This document shows positions 1-9,077 of a stretch of 64,000 nt of DNA, in pieces; the stretch's first letter is position 1, and each line of letters starts with the position of its first letter. Origin of the DNA: a plasmid. The position numbers and the translations under genes are program-made. The DNA lies in the sequence record NZ_CP018188.1. One strand, 5' to 3'. Below the pieces are notes generated by a model. That model did not search any database and was not told the origin of the DNA. It saw nothing but the letters and a program-made list of their open reading frames with translations.

Positions 1-1059
1 TTTGAAGAGAAGTTATTTAAATTTGAACAGAATGCTCAATTGTTAAATGTAAAAAATGGTGAGTATAATCAAATCAGTGGTTTTTTTCAGTATGTAATCA
101 TTATTTCTTGTTTATGCTTTGGTGGATTTTTAGTGTTGAATCAAGGCTTGACATTAGGAAAGATGATTGCGGTTACACAAATTTCAAATTTGATAGTTGG
201 TCCAATTCAACAGATTGGTTCTTCAGTTATTGATATTTTGGCTAGTAAGGATATAACGAAAGAAATGTCAGATATTTTTTTAAAACAATCAATCGTTTTA
301 GATAAAAAAGTATATCAAAAAGGTTTTGATAATATAAGGATTTCTACTTGTAGTGTCACAAAAGATAATAAAAAGCTCTTGGGTGGTGTTAATATATCTC
401 TTGAATATGGTAAAAAATATTGTATTATTGGTCCAAATGGTAGCGGAAAAACTACATTTGGACGATTAATGTTAAATTTGTTAAATGATGTTGAAGAACG
501 AGTATTTATAGATAGAGAAGCTAGTAATTTAGAAGATGTCGCCAAATTGATTTCATATGTACCGCAAAATAGTATTGCTTTTAAAGGTACTTTGAAAGAT
601 AATATTACATTGTTTGAACGCTACGATGATAAAATTATTGATGAGGTAATTAGAGACGTTAATTTAAACAATAAAAGTAAAGAGATTCAAATGATTTCGG
701 AAAACGGTGACAATATTTCTGGTGGAGAATTGAGAAAAGTCAATATAGCTAGAGCATTTTTAGAGGATAGACCAATAATACTAGTTGATGAATTTGAGTC
801 AGCTCTGGATGAAGAATCATCAAAACTAATAGCTGATAAATTTTTGAGTTCAGAAAAAACGGTGATAATGATTTCTCACAATTTAGAGCAGTCATTTTTA
901 CAAAGGTTTGATTCCATAATTTTTATAGAAAATGGGGAAGTTACTGCAATGGGAAAATACGAAGTATTATTAAAAAATTGTGATAACTTCTATAAATATT
1001 TAATTCAAACTGCCCCTAGTGGAGGTAATATTCATGAATACAATACTACGAGCGTGTAA
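1..1059 (+). CDS. ABC exporter, fused permease-ATPase, 5'-partial (reading frame open to window start); C-terminal nucleotide-binding domain visible
   Basis: Frame is open from base 1 with no upstream stop. Walker A GPNGSGKTT, ABC signature LSGGELRK and Walker B ILVDE are present; hydrophobic segments precede the NBD. Confidence 0.8.
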   Translation, partial: FEEKLFKFEQNAQLLNVKNGEYNQISGFFQYVIIISCLCFGGFLVLNQGLTLGKMIAVTQISNLIVGPIQQIGSSVIDILASKDITKEMSDIFLKQSIVLDKKVYQKGFDNIRISTCSVTKDNKKLLGGVNISLEYGKKYCIIGPNGSGKTTFGRLMLNLLNDVEERVFIDREASNLEDVAKLISYVPQNSIAFKGTLKDNITLFERYDDKIIDEVIRDVNLNNKSKEIQMISENGDNISGGELRKVNIARAFLEDRPIILVDEFESALDEESSKLIADKFLSSEKTVIMISHNLEQSFLQRFDSIIFIENGEVTAMGKYEVLLKNCDNFYKYLIQTAPSGGNIHEYNTTSV

Positions 1060-1900
1060 TTTAAGTAAATCATTTGGTTTACAAGAGGTGTTAACTAATA
1101 TCAATTTTGACATTCAATCAGGAGATATAGTTGGCTTGATTGGAAAAAATGGCTGTGGAAAGACTACTCTAATGAAGATGATATTGGGTTTTACATCACA
1201 AACCAAGGGTTATATCCAATTTGAAGGTGATCCGAATTATCATACTAAAAGGAAGACATTAAATAAAATCGGTTTCCTCCTAGATTGTAGGCTGTTTGAA
1301 GATTTCTCTGCATATGATAATTTGAAATTATTCTCTATGTACTCTTCAACAGTTAATGAAGAAAATTTAGATGACCGAATTGAGAGGTTGTTAAAGTTTG
1401 TTGGTTTAGATAATAGTAAAAAACTAGTAAAATCTTATTCTTTTGGTATGAAACAGAGATTGGGTTTGGCACTGGCATTACTAGATGATCCTGAATTTTT
1501 GATTTTAGACGAACCATTTGTCGGTTTGGATCCCACCGGAGTTAGAGTTCTTCTAGATTATATTGTAAAGTTACGTCGGGAAAAGGGTGTTACGATACTA
1601 ATCTCATCACATCAGTTACATGAAATTGAAGAAATTTGTGACTATTTCTTATTTATAAATGAAAAGAGTATTGAAAAACATTCTAAACTAGGGGAAAATC
1701 AAATAGTTATTACTTTGGGACATCTAGTACCAGAGTTGGAACAGGACTTAAGAGATATGATTGATATGAAAGAAGGTCAGATAACTTTACCAAAGGATAT
1801 GTCGTTGCTGAATTCAACATTAAAGCTTATTTACAAGTATAATAGTGAATTAAAAGATATCACAATAAATGATTCTACAGAAGAGTTATTTAGGGGGTGA
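1034..1900 (+). CDS. ABC transporter ATP-binding protein (ABC-2 type, bacteriocin-immunity-like)
   Basis: GGAGG RBS sits 9 nt upstream of ATG 1034. Walker A GKNGCGKTT, signature SFGMKQRLGLALAL and Walker B LILDEP are present. Confidence 0.85.
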   Translation: MNTILRACNLSKSFGLQEVLTNINFDIQSGDIVGLIGKNGCGKTTLMKMILGFTSQTKGYIQFEGDPNYHTKRKTLNKIGFLLDCRLFEDFSAYDNLKLFSMYSSTVNEENLDDRIERLLKFVGLDNSKKLVKSYSFGMKQRLGLALALLDDPEFLILDEPFVGLDPTGVRVLLDYIVKLRREKGVTILISSHQLHEIEEICDYFLFINEKSIEKHSKLGENQIVITLGHLVPELEQDLRDMIDMKEGQITLPKDMSLLNSTLKLIYKYNSELKDITINDSTEELFRG

Positions 1901-1904
1901 AAAA

Positions 1905-2657
1905 ATGCAATCGATAATATTAGCAGAACTATATAAATTACTGAAACGGAAAAATTTTATCATATTAGCAGTGTTATCTTTGTGGTCGTTAATTTACGGA
2001 TTAGGCGCTTTTTTACATTGGGATTTTGTAAAAATTGGTGCTAAGTTGGATTTAGTTACCTTTATTACAACGATGTGGACGTTTTTATTGATATTAACTA
2101 TTCCACTATTATTAATTTTGTACACTGCTTCCTTTATTTTAGGAGGAGAAATCCAAGGAGGGCAAATTTTACTAGAAGTAAACCGAGTATCTAGTAAGAA
2201 AACGTTGATTATTTCTAAGTATATAGTTGTCATCTTATCAATCTTATTTTTGTATGTACTGAACTGCTTATCATCACTCATCACTTATATTTGTTTTTTA
2301 TCTCGAAGTGAGTTTGGTTACGTACATTTTTGGGAACTGCATTCTACAAATATGCAATCAATAATAATTAGTTTGGTAAATTTAAGTTTCATTATTTTAT
2401 TGGCTAGTGTAGCCTTTTACTTATCGTTATATGTTTCGGCAATAGTAGCCGCATTTGCAAGTTTAGGTGTTTATTTTTTATGTCAACTTTTGTCATATAT
2501 TGCTATTATTTCTAAATTTGTTCCGGGATACTTTTTTATTGTATCGAATTATCGTTTTTCATTGGAATTATCTATAGTTCACTTGTTAGGTTATTTCTTG
2601 ATTTGTCTGTTATTATTGATTGCTACTACGAAAGGATTTGAAAAGAAAGCATTATGA
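1905..2657 (+). CDS. ABC-2 family permease (polytopic membrane protein)
   Basis: GGGGGTG RBS sits before ATG 1905. The protein has 6 predicted hydrophobic helices and lies immediately downstream of the ATPase. Confidence 0.7.
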   Translation: MQSIILAELYKLLKRKNFIILAVLSLWSLIYGLGAFLHWDFVKIGAKLDLVTFITTMWTFLLILTIPLLLILYTASFILGGEIQGGQILLEVNRVSSKKTLIISKYIVVILSILFLYVLNCLSSLITYICFLSRSEFGYVHFWELHSTNMQSIIISLVNLSFIILLASVAFYLSLYVSAIVAAFASLGVYFLCQLLSYIAIISKFVPGYFFIVSNYRFSLELSIVHLLGYFLICLLLLIATTKGFEKKAL

Positions 2658-2694
2658 GTGATATAATATTTCAAAAAGGAATTCATGAAAGCAC

Positions 2695-3423
2695 ATGTAT
2701 AAAATAGCAATTTGTGATGATGATAGTCTACAAGTTAGTCATTTAGAAACTCAAATTTCAAAGTATTTTGATGAGATTAATGTTCACTATGAGATTGATG
2801 GCTATTATAAAGGAAATCGTCTAGTAAAGGCGATGAGCACTCAGGCAGATAACTATCAATTGATATTTTTAGATATTGAAATGGAGGAAATTAATGGTAT
2901 TGAAACTGCAAAATTATTGAGAAATTTAGATAAGAGTTTCGTCTTAATCTATGTTACAAGTTATGAGCAATATGCTTTAGAGAGTTTTGAAGTATCTCCG
3001 TTTCGTTATCTTATAAAACCTGTATCTACTGAAAAATTGAGAGACGTTCTTAGTGATGTTCTCGTAGAATTAACTGCTAAACAGAAATTCTTATTTTATC
3101 AAGTAGGTATGGAACATTTTCAAGTAATCTTAGATAATATTGTGTGCTTATATTCTGAATTTGGTCGAAAAATCCACCTTGAGTTGGTTAATGATAATAG
3201 CGTGTTGTTTTATGGAAAAATATCAACACTTGAAGAAGAGTTACCTCAAACACATTTTATTAGAGTCAATAGCGGGGCAATAATTAATCTAGACTATGTT
3301 GTATCTTTTAATAGAAATGAAGTAACGATGATAAATGGTGACTGTATTACTATTAGTAGAAGTCGAAAGAAAACAGTAGTAGCAACTTACAATCATTTTA
3401 TTGAGAGGAGTTTTGGATTATGA
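2695..3423 (+). CDS. LytTR-family response regulator (AgrA/ComE/BlpR-like)
   Basis: An N-terminal receiver domain (IAICDDD ... FLDIEM) is followed by a C-terminal LytTR DNA-binding domain. The gene overlaps the downstream kinase gene. Confidence 0.8.
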   Translation: MYKIAICDDDSLQVSHLETQISKYFDEINVHYEIDGYYKGNRLVKAMSTQADNYQLIFLDIEMEEINGIETAKLLRNLDKSFVLIYVTSYEQYALESFEVSPFRYLIKPVSTEKLRDVLSDVLVELTAKQKFLFYQVGMEHFQVILDNIVCLYSEFGRKIHLELVNDNSVLFYGKISTLEEELPQTHFIRVNSGAIINLDYVVSFNRNEVTMINGDCITISRSRKKTVVATYNHFIERSFGL

Positions 3424-4673
3424 TTGATTTGTTTAAAACAATTGGAATCCTCTCTCTTTTTTTATTTCAAAGCTTTGTTATTTGGATTTATTTACTACAT
3501 TTTTTTGTTGTCAGAATACCTAAAATGAGATTTTATTGTTTTATTTTTTGTATTTATTTTGTTGGTAGAACATCAATAACAGTGGATCAGACCACGTTTA
3601 TTGATTTAAAAATTTTTTCTTTATTTTGTACTTTCTTGATTCTTTTCTTCTTTTTATCTGGGGAGGTAATGAAAAAAGTATTTCATTTCTTATTTCTGAC
3701 TTTTTGGTTCTTGATTCAAGAGGATATTGCAGGTTTATTATTTAATCATACGCCAGAAACTAAAGTATTTGTTATTCTTTTCGTTCAATTTTTATTGATG
3801 TTGTTGACTCTTTTCTTCATATTGGGATTGAAGCGTTTCAAAGTAGATAATTTAATAGGTCTGAATAAAATGGAATATGGCATTCTTTCAGTTACTCCAT
3901 TTTTTTCTATTATTCTGCTGTTACATAAGGTAGCGCTGCCTCTAGTAAAGGTTCTTGCATTTGATAGTTATTTGTGGTTAATAAATATTGTTATAATCGT
4001 GCTTTACAATTACTTAAGTGAAAAAAACTACAATATTATCAAAAACAAAGTAGCTTTTGATGAAAATAGTATGACTAGTGAAATTATAAAGCAAGAAAAG
4101 GAGCTAGCCGTTCTTAGACATGATTTGAAAAATATTGTTTCTTCAATAGATTTTTATGCTGATAATAGTGATTATGAAAATATTAAAGTAATAACTCGAA
4201 AGATACTGGGACAGGAAGTATTTAATCGTAAGATTACAGGTTGTATACCTATTGATGCTGTGTTAAATCAAAAAATATCTAAGATGAAAAAAGATGGTAT
4301 TCTACATAATTTAGATTTACAGGTTCCATATAATTTAGACTTAAGTACTATTGCGATTGATTCATGTGCCATTCTTGGGAATCTTCTTGATAATGCTATA
4401 GAAGAAATTGAACGTAATAGCTTAGAAGAACCGATTGAAATAGCTCTGCGTTTTAAAAATAATAAATTAGTTTTCAAAGTTGCTAATCCCATCAGAACTT
4501 CTAATGTAGATGTTAATTATGATGGAATGAAGTCTATTAAATCTCCTAACAGACAAGGTATAGGAATAAAAAGTAGTTATGATAGAGTCATGAAATTAAA
4601 GGGGCACCTAAACATTACTGTTCAGTCAAATCAATTTATTGTACTAGTTGTGATTCCGTTAAGGATGAAATGA
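3420..4673 (+). CDS. HPK10-type sensor histidine kinase (AgrC/ComD/BlpH-like), polytopic N-terminus
   Basis: About 6 N-terminal TM helices, an H-box LRHDLKN and a C-terminal GHKL ATPase region. GAGAGGAG RBS. The start overlaps the response regulator stop. Confidence 0.75.
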   Translation: MIDLFKTIGILSLFLFQSFVIWIYLLHFFVVRIPKMRFYCFIFCIYFVGRTSITVDQTTFIDLKIFSLFCTFLILFFFLSGEVMKKVFHFLFLTFWFLIQEDIAGLLFNHTPETKVFVILFVQFLLMLLTLFFILGLKRFKVDNLIGLNKMEYGILSVTPFFSIILLLHKVALPLVKVLAFDSYLWLINIVIIVLYNYLSEKNYNIIKNKVAFDENSMTSEIIKQEKELAVLRHDLKNIVSSIDFYADNSDYENIKVITRKILGQEVFNRKITGCIPIDAVLNQKISKMKKDGILHNLDLQVPYNLDLSTIAIDSCAILGNLLDNAIEEIERNSLEEPIEIALRFKNNKLVFKVANPIRTSNVDVNYDGMKSIKSPNRQGIGIKSSYDRVMKLKGHLNITVQSNQFIVLVVIPLRMK

Positions 4674-4695
4674 GTTTTTATCAAATCTATATTTA

Positions 4696-4726
4696 AACTC
4701 TGCTAATAGGCAGAGTTCTTTATTTA
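4696..4726 (+). terminator. Rho-independent terminator after the kinase gene
   Basis: AACTCTGC/GCAGAGTT 8-bp stem followed by a T-rich tract. Confidence 0.6.
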
Positions 4727-5489
4727 AGATCTATCGTACTATCAATTCTCAACAGAAAGTAAATATCTTGCTTTTGGGCTAGGAAGTTAGTAGTTATGTG
4801 GTAAACTGAGTCATAGGAATAAATCTCTTTCTAGTAATATTTCGCAACTCTACTATAACGGATTTATTCCTTTTTGTGTTTACCCAACTTATTTTACACT
4901 ACCAAGAAATAGACCTTTGCAGTGAATATTAGGAGAAATATTAATCAAAAATGCCTCACTGATTAAGTGAAGCATTTTTGATTACATAGAAGATACTGTA
5001 TTGTCTATTTTGGGACTTATTGAAATGATTTCAGGTTATTTTAGTTTAGTTTTTGGAATCAAGAACGGCTTTAAATCAATATTTCTGACGTTAACAAGAC
5101 TTAAAAAATCATGAAACAAGTCGTAAAGAGATATAATATGGATTGAGCTCCCTTTATCTATAACAGAAATTGGTAGTGAAAATTAAGTTGTGTAAACACA
5201 AAATAATTGACAGTATCTTGTTGGTTGAAAAGTCTTTACAAATTTGGTAAAATTGCTATAGAAACGATAATATTGTTATTCATGGGGATATCTCACCATG
5301 ATAATGGAACGTCGTGGAATATCAACATGACGTTTTAACGCAAGGGGGGAAAACTCTTGCGTTTTTTGTTTTGAAAGTCTGTTATAGTTAAATAGACAAA
5401 ATGTCTTTAATAAAGAGTCCCCCCAACCCAAGATAAATGTATGATGATAGGTATGGTAAAAAAATAAATGAAGCTAGGAAGTTAAGAAT

Positions 5490-5987
5490 ATGGAAATCAA
5501 AGATCACTTTGGTGTATACGGAGTCTGTCTTCAAGACGGGGAACTGCTCTGCATTGAGAAAACGAGAGGACCTTATCGGCATCGTTTTGATTTACCGGGT
5601 GGTAGTCAAGAACTAGGTGAGGGACTGACAGAAACTCTCAAGAGAGAAGTTCTGGAAGAGACGGGCTATATGCTTAGCGATTATTCAAACCCTAGAATCT
5701 ATGATGTGCTGGTTCAAGAAGATGGGCAAGACTTTGTCGTACACCATATCATGGCCTTTTATGATATAGTACTTGACTTGGAATACTCTCAAAAATCCCT
5801 TCCTCATGAAGTTCTTGATGGAAGCAATGATTCAGCAAATGCCATTTGGCTTCCGATCGAGCAGATTACCGAAGAAACTGCCTCACCCATAGTATTGAAG
5901 GTGAAGGCAGAGTTACTAGGATTTCCAGAATTAGAACTGACAAGCTATAGAAATTGGAAGGTAAAAGAAAAGAAGGAGCAATCATGA
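5490..5987 (+). CDS. NUDIX hydrolase
   Basis: The Nudix box GGSQELGEGLTETLKREVLEETG (GX5EX7REUXEEXGU) is present. GC content is higher than in flanking DNA. Confidence 0.85.
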   Translation: MEIKDHFGVYGVCLQDGELLCIEKTRGPYRHRFDLPGGSQELGEGLTETLKREVLEETGYMLSDYSNPRIYDVLVQEDGQDFVVHHIMAFYDIVLDLEYSQKSLPHEVLDGSNDSANAIWLPIEQITEETASPIVLKVKAELLGFPELELTSYRNWKVKEKKEQS

Positions 5988-6424
5988 CACCGCAAGAAAT
6001 GTGGAATGCCTACAAGCAAATCAACCCCTCTATTGGAGATGAGATAGACGCCTGGGCTTTTGGTGTGGAACCAGACCTTTTAGCGGATTTGGTGTTTACA
6101 GGTGAAAAAACAGCAACTGCCTCAGCCTGCGACCTCTATGCAGTAGGGGACGAACCCCTTCCACAAGAAGGAACCTTTGATGTGATTTTAGACAGCCAAC
6201 ATCAAGCTATCTGCATTGTCGAAATCACCAAGGTTTCTGTTCAGCCTTTCAATCAAGTGTCAGACGACCATGCCTTTAAGGAAGGGGAAGGAGATAAGTC
6301 CCTTGCCTATTGGCGGCAGGTTCACGAGGAATTCTTCACGAAGTGGCTGGAGAAAGCGGGCCTGACTTTTACACCTGACAGCAAGGTTGTATTAGAAGAA
6401 TTTCGTAAGGTTTATCCATTATAG
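5984..6424 (+). CDS. ASCH-domain protein
   Basis: AAGGAG RBS before ATG 5984. The sequence fits the ASCH-domain family (MTPQEMW ... ICIVEITKV ... HAFKEGEGDKSLAYWRQVHEEFF). A 3' fragment is duplicated at 28009-28266. Confidence 0.7.
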   Translation: MTPQEMWNAYKQINPSIGDEIDAWAFGVEPDLLADLVFTGEKTATASACDLYAVGDEPLPQEGTFDVILDSQHQAICIVEITKVSVQPFNQVSDDHAFKEGEGDKSLAYWRQVHEEFFTKWLEKAGLTFTPDSKVVLEEFRKVYPL

Positions 6425-6428
6425 AACA

Positions 6429-6454
6429 CACTCTCCTTCTTGGAGAGTTTTTTG
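6429..6454 (+). terminator. Rho-independent terminator after the ASCH gene
   Basis: ACTCTCC/GGAGAGT stem plus TTTTT. Confidence 0.6.
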
Positions 6455-6984
6455 ATCTGGATCTTATTTTCCAAAAGGGTTAAAAAATGATGTAAGCGAT
6501 ATTATACAGAAGCACAGGAGCAGTACGACCGCAGGGCTAAACAAAAAGGTCGGAATTCTTGTTTGAAGTTGATGAATACGCCTTGGAGTATGATACTAAG
6601 CGAGATATTTTCTATCTCGTCTTAGGGCCTGAGGTTCAGTAGAAAGTTAAGCTACGTATTTAATACGTGGCTTTTTTATAAAGGAGATAAATTAATGCGG
6701 CTTGATTTAAAAATTGACAGAGATTTGGCTTTTGGACAGGCTCTTTCGATATACCATATCATAAAAAAGAGCTACTTAAGTTTTCGGAAGAACAGTTGTC
6801 ATCGGCACAAGAGACAACTCCAGAAGAGTTGGATGATATAGCATTACATTGGGAATTTATCCAAACCTAAGCTAATGCTTACTGATAGTAGAAAACAAAT
6901 AAGCACTTAAAATTTTTAAAATTTGATATGATACCTCTTAAGTAGACAAGGTAAATACCTAAAATCTACTTAAGAGGTATTTTT

Positions 6985-7662
6985 ATGTCTAGAAGAGAAA
7001 GATTCACCCCATACGAGAAAGAACAAGCTTGTCTCGATTATATTAATGGTAATCGTTCCAGATCTGAGATATGTAATTGTCTCCATATTTCCACAAGGAC
7101 GATTCAAGATTGGGCTGCCATCTATAAAAAATATGGGATTTTAGGATTCACAAAGAAAACAAAAAACCGTTCCTATTCAAAAGAATTTAAAATGGAACTT
7201 GTAGAAAAATGTATTAGTGGTGAGGCTTCATCTATTGATTTAGGTCATCAGTATGATATTTCTTCAGGTCTTTTAAGAAAGTGGATTAGGATGTATAATG
7301 CCAATATAGAACTTAAGGATTACAATCCAAAACGGGAGGTCTATATGGCAAAAGCAAGACGTAAAACCACTATTGATGAACGCAAAGAGATTGTCAACTA
7401 TTGTATTGAACACAATCGCAATTATAAGGAAACGGCGTCACTTTATGATGTTTCTTATAGCCAAGTATACTCGTGGGTAAAGAAGTATGATAGTGGTGGC
7501 GAAAAAGGTTTAATTGACAAAAGGGGGCATCACAAAATAGATGATGAGCTTGATGAATTAGAGCGTTTACGAAGAGAAAATGTGCGCTTAAAACGTCAGT
7601 TAGAAGAAAAGGATATGGCTGTTGAACTCTTAAAAAAAGTGAAAGAATTCGGAAGGATGTGA
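6985..7662 (+). CDS. IS3-family transposase OrfA (HTH domains, leucine zipper)
   Basis: Two HTH-like regions and a C-terminal heptad LERLRRENVRLKRQLEE. It ends at the frameshift window. Confidence 0.8.
   Translation: MSRRERFTPYEKEQACLDYINGNRSRSEICNCLHISTRTIQDWAAIYKKYGILGFTKKTKNRSYSKEFKMELVEKCISGEASSIDLGHQYDISSGLLRKWIRMYNANIELKDYNPKREVYMAKARRKTTIDERKEIVNYCIEHNRNYKETASLYDVSYSQVYSWVKKYDSGGEKGLIDKRGHHKIDDELDELERLRRENVRLKRQLEEKDMAVELLKKVKEFGRM
7632..7641 (+). promoter_or_regulatory. Programmed -1 ribosomal frameshift site (A_AAA_AAG) joining IS3 orfA and orfB
   Basis: The TTAAAAAAAGTG heptamer sits in the orfA/orfB overlap. This is the canonical IS3-family frameshift motif. Confidence 0.6.
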
Positions 7663-8624
7663 GGCTAGGCAAACAGCGCCACGAATCAAAATACTTAGCG
7701 ATCGAAGACTTCAACACCAACAAAGGGTGGAGCATTAGCTGGATGTGTCATCAGCTCGGCATTACGAGGTCTGCATTTTATAAATGGAAACATAGAATAG
7801 TTCCAGAACAAGAACAATTAAACAGCGAAATTGCGGAATTAATTAAAGAATATGACGAACGTTTTTCACACATCTTGGGATACCGAAGAATGACCGATTG
7901 GATCAATCATTTCAATCATACGAATTACTCAAGAAAGAGAATTCACCGAATTATGAAAGTACTCGATATCCACGCTTTTATCCGTAAGAAAAAGAAAAAA
8001 TACAAGACTGTTAAACCTGAAGAAACTGCAGAAAATAAGTTGGCAAGAAACTTCTATACAACTGCTCCGAACAAAAAATGGGTAACAGATGTTACAGAGT
8101 TTAAGATTCCTAACTCTCATAAGAAACTCTATCTTAGTGCCATACTTGATTTATATGACCGCTATCCTATTGCTTTTGTCATAAGTGGTCGAAATGACAA
8201 TCGGCTGGTCTTCAAAACATTTGACAAAGCCATTGAAAAAAATCCCGCAGCGAAGCCTATATTTCACAGCGATAGAGGGTTTCAATATACCAATAAGAAC
8301 TTTCAAAAAAAGCTGAAAGATACTGATATGATTCAATCCATGTCAAGAGTGGGCCATTGTATTGATAACGGACCAATAGAAGGTTTTTGGGGAATTATAA
8401 AATCGGAAATGTATCAGATGTATGAGATTTCAGATGAGGCCTCCCTCCGATATGCCATCAAAGACTATATCCGATTTTACTGTCAAGAGCGTCCACAAAG
8501 TAGGTATGACTGTAAAACGCCTTTGGCAGTAAGAAACGCTGCCTTATCATCAGAACATCCTTTGTCATACCCAATCGCTAAGAATAACAAAATTGAAAAG
8601 TACAAGTCTAAGTGGTCTGCATAA
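7659..8624 (+). CDS. IS3-family transposase OrfB (DDE/rve integrase core)
   Basis: Contains an rve-like catalytic core with D ... D ... E spacing (HSDRGFQYT ... CIDNGPIEGFWG). It lies in the -1 frame relative to orfA. Confidence 0.8.
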   Translation: MRLGKQRHESKYLAIEDFNTNKGWSISWMCHQLGITRSAFYKWKHRIVPEQEQLNSEIAELIKEYDERFSHILGYRRMTDWINHFNHTNYSRKRIHRIMKVLDIHAFIRKKKKKYKTVKPEETAENKLARNFYTTAPNKKWVTDVTEFKIPNSHKKLYLSAILDLYDRYPIAFVISGRNDNRLVFKTFDKAIEKNPAAKPIFHSDRGFQYTNKNFQKKLKDTDMIQSMSRVGHCIDNGPIEGFWGIIKSEMYQMYEISDEASLRYAIKDYIRFYCQERPQSRYDCKTPLAVRNAALSSEHPLSYPIAKNNKIEKYKSKWSA

Positions 8625-8721
8625 AAAAACAGCCGTACATTTATTATGTACGACTGACCTTCAAAAACAGACACTTTTTTAGATATTTAACCTGTCTACT
8701 TGACAGGGGGCATATCAATTT

Positions 8722-8850
8722 GAGTGCTTTTTTTGTTACTTTTTGGTATCTTTTACGAATAGATATATTGTAGAAAATAGGAGGTATATAAAATGATGAC
8801 TTATGATGAAGTAATGGAAGCGATAGAAAGAGGGTTTATCAAGGGAGATA
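8722..8850 (+). repeat. About 130-bp segment near-identical to 28707-28835 (promoter/RBS and 5' end of a small duplicated gene)
   Basis: Direct sequence identity (tgttactttttggtatcttttacgaatagatatattgtagaaaataggaggtatataaaatgatgacttatgatgaagtaatggaagcgatagaaagagggtttatcaagg). Confidence 0.8.
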
Positions 8851-8978
8851 AAATCAGCATTATTCGACGAAATGGCAAGATCCATGATTATGTTTTACCA
8901 GGAGAGAAAGTAGAACCTGGAGAAATAGTGGAAAAAGAGGACTTAGATGTTGTTCTTGAAGAGTTGAAGGAGTTCTAA
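8793..8978 (+). CDS. Small hypothetical protein (61 aa), paralogue of 28777-28959
   Basis: AGGAGG RBS is present. About 85% identical to the second copy. Function unknown. Confidence 0.5.
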   Translation: MMTYDEVMEAIERGFIKGDKISIIRRNGKIHDYVLPGEKVEPGEIVEKEDLDVVLEELKEF

Positions 8979-9077
8979 AATGATGCAGCTTTTAAGTAAG
9001 ATGATTCTTATGGTCTCGCAAAAGGGATACAAGAGTGATAAAATAGCCTCAATTATTTAAAATGGAATGACTGCGTA

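Larger units (their letters stand above)
6924..8717 (+). mobile_element. Intact IS3-family insertion sequence (IS150-like group) with 3-bp ATT target-site duplication
   Basis: Termini are TGATATG... and ...CATATCA (imperfect inverted repeats sharing an AAGTAGACA-GGTAAATA core). ATT directly flanks both ends. orfA/orfB are overlapping frames with an A_AAA_AAG slippery heptamer. Comparison with the uninterrupted paralogous sequence at about 28690-28715 reconstructs the empty site. Confidence 0.8.

Noticed and set aside
315-545. Minus-strand 76-aa ORF and other short antisense ORFs (1994-2284, 4268-4492, 12931-13116, 22285-22692, 22742-23113, 37321-37524 and others)
   Set aside because: They lie entirely inside longer, motif-supported genes on the opposite strand and have no RBS.
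5285-5368. Tiny ORF MIMERRGIST followed by a GCAAG ... CTTGC-T7 hairpin, possibly a leader peptide or attenuator upstream of the NUDIX gene
   Set aside because: It is too short and lacks a convincing RBS. The hairpin may simply be a terminator or a small RNA end, and cannot be decided from sequence alone.
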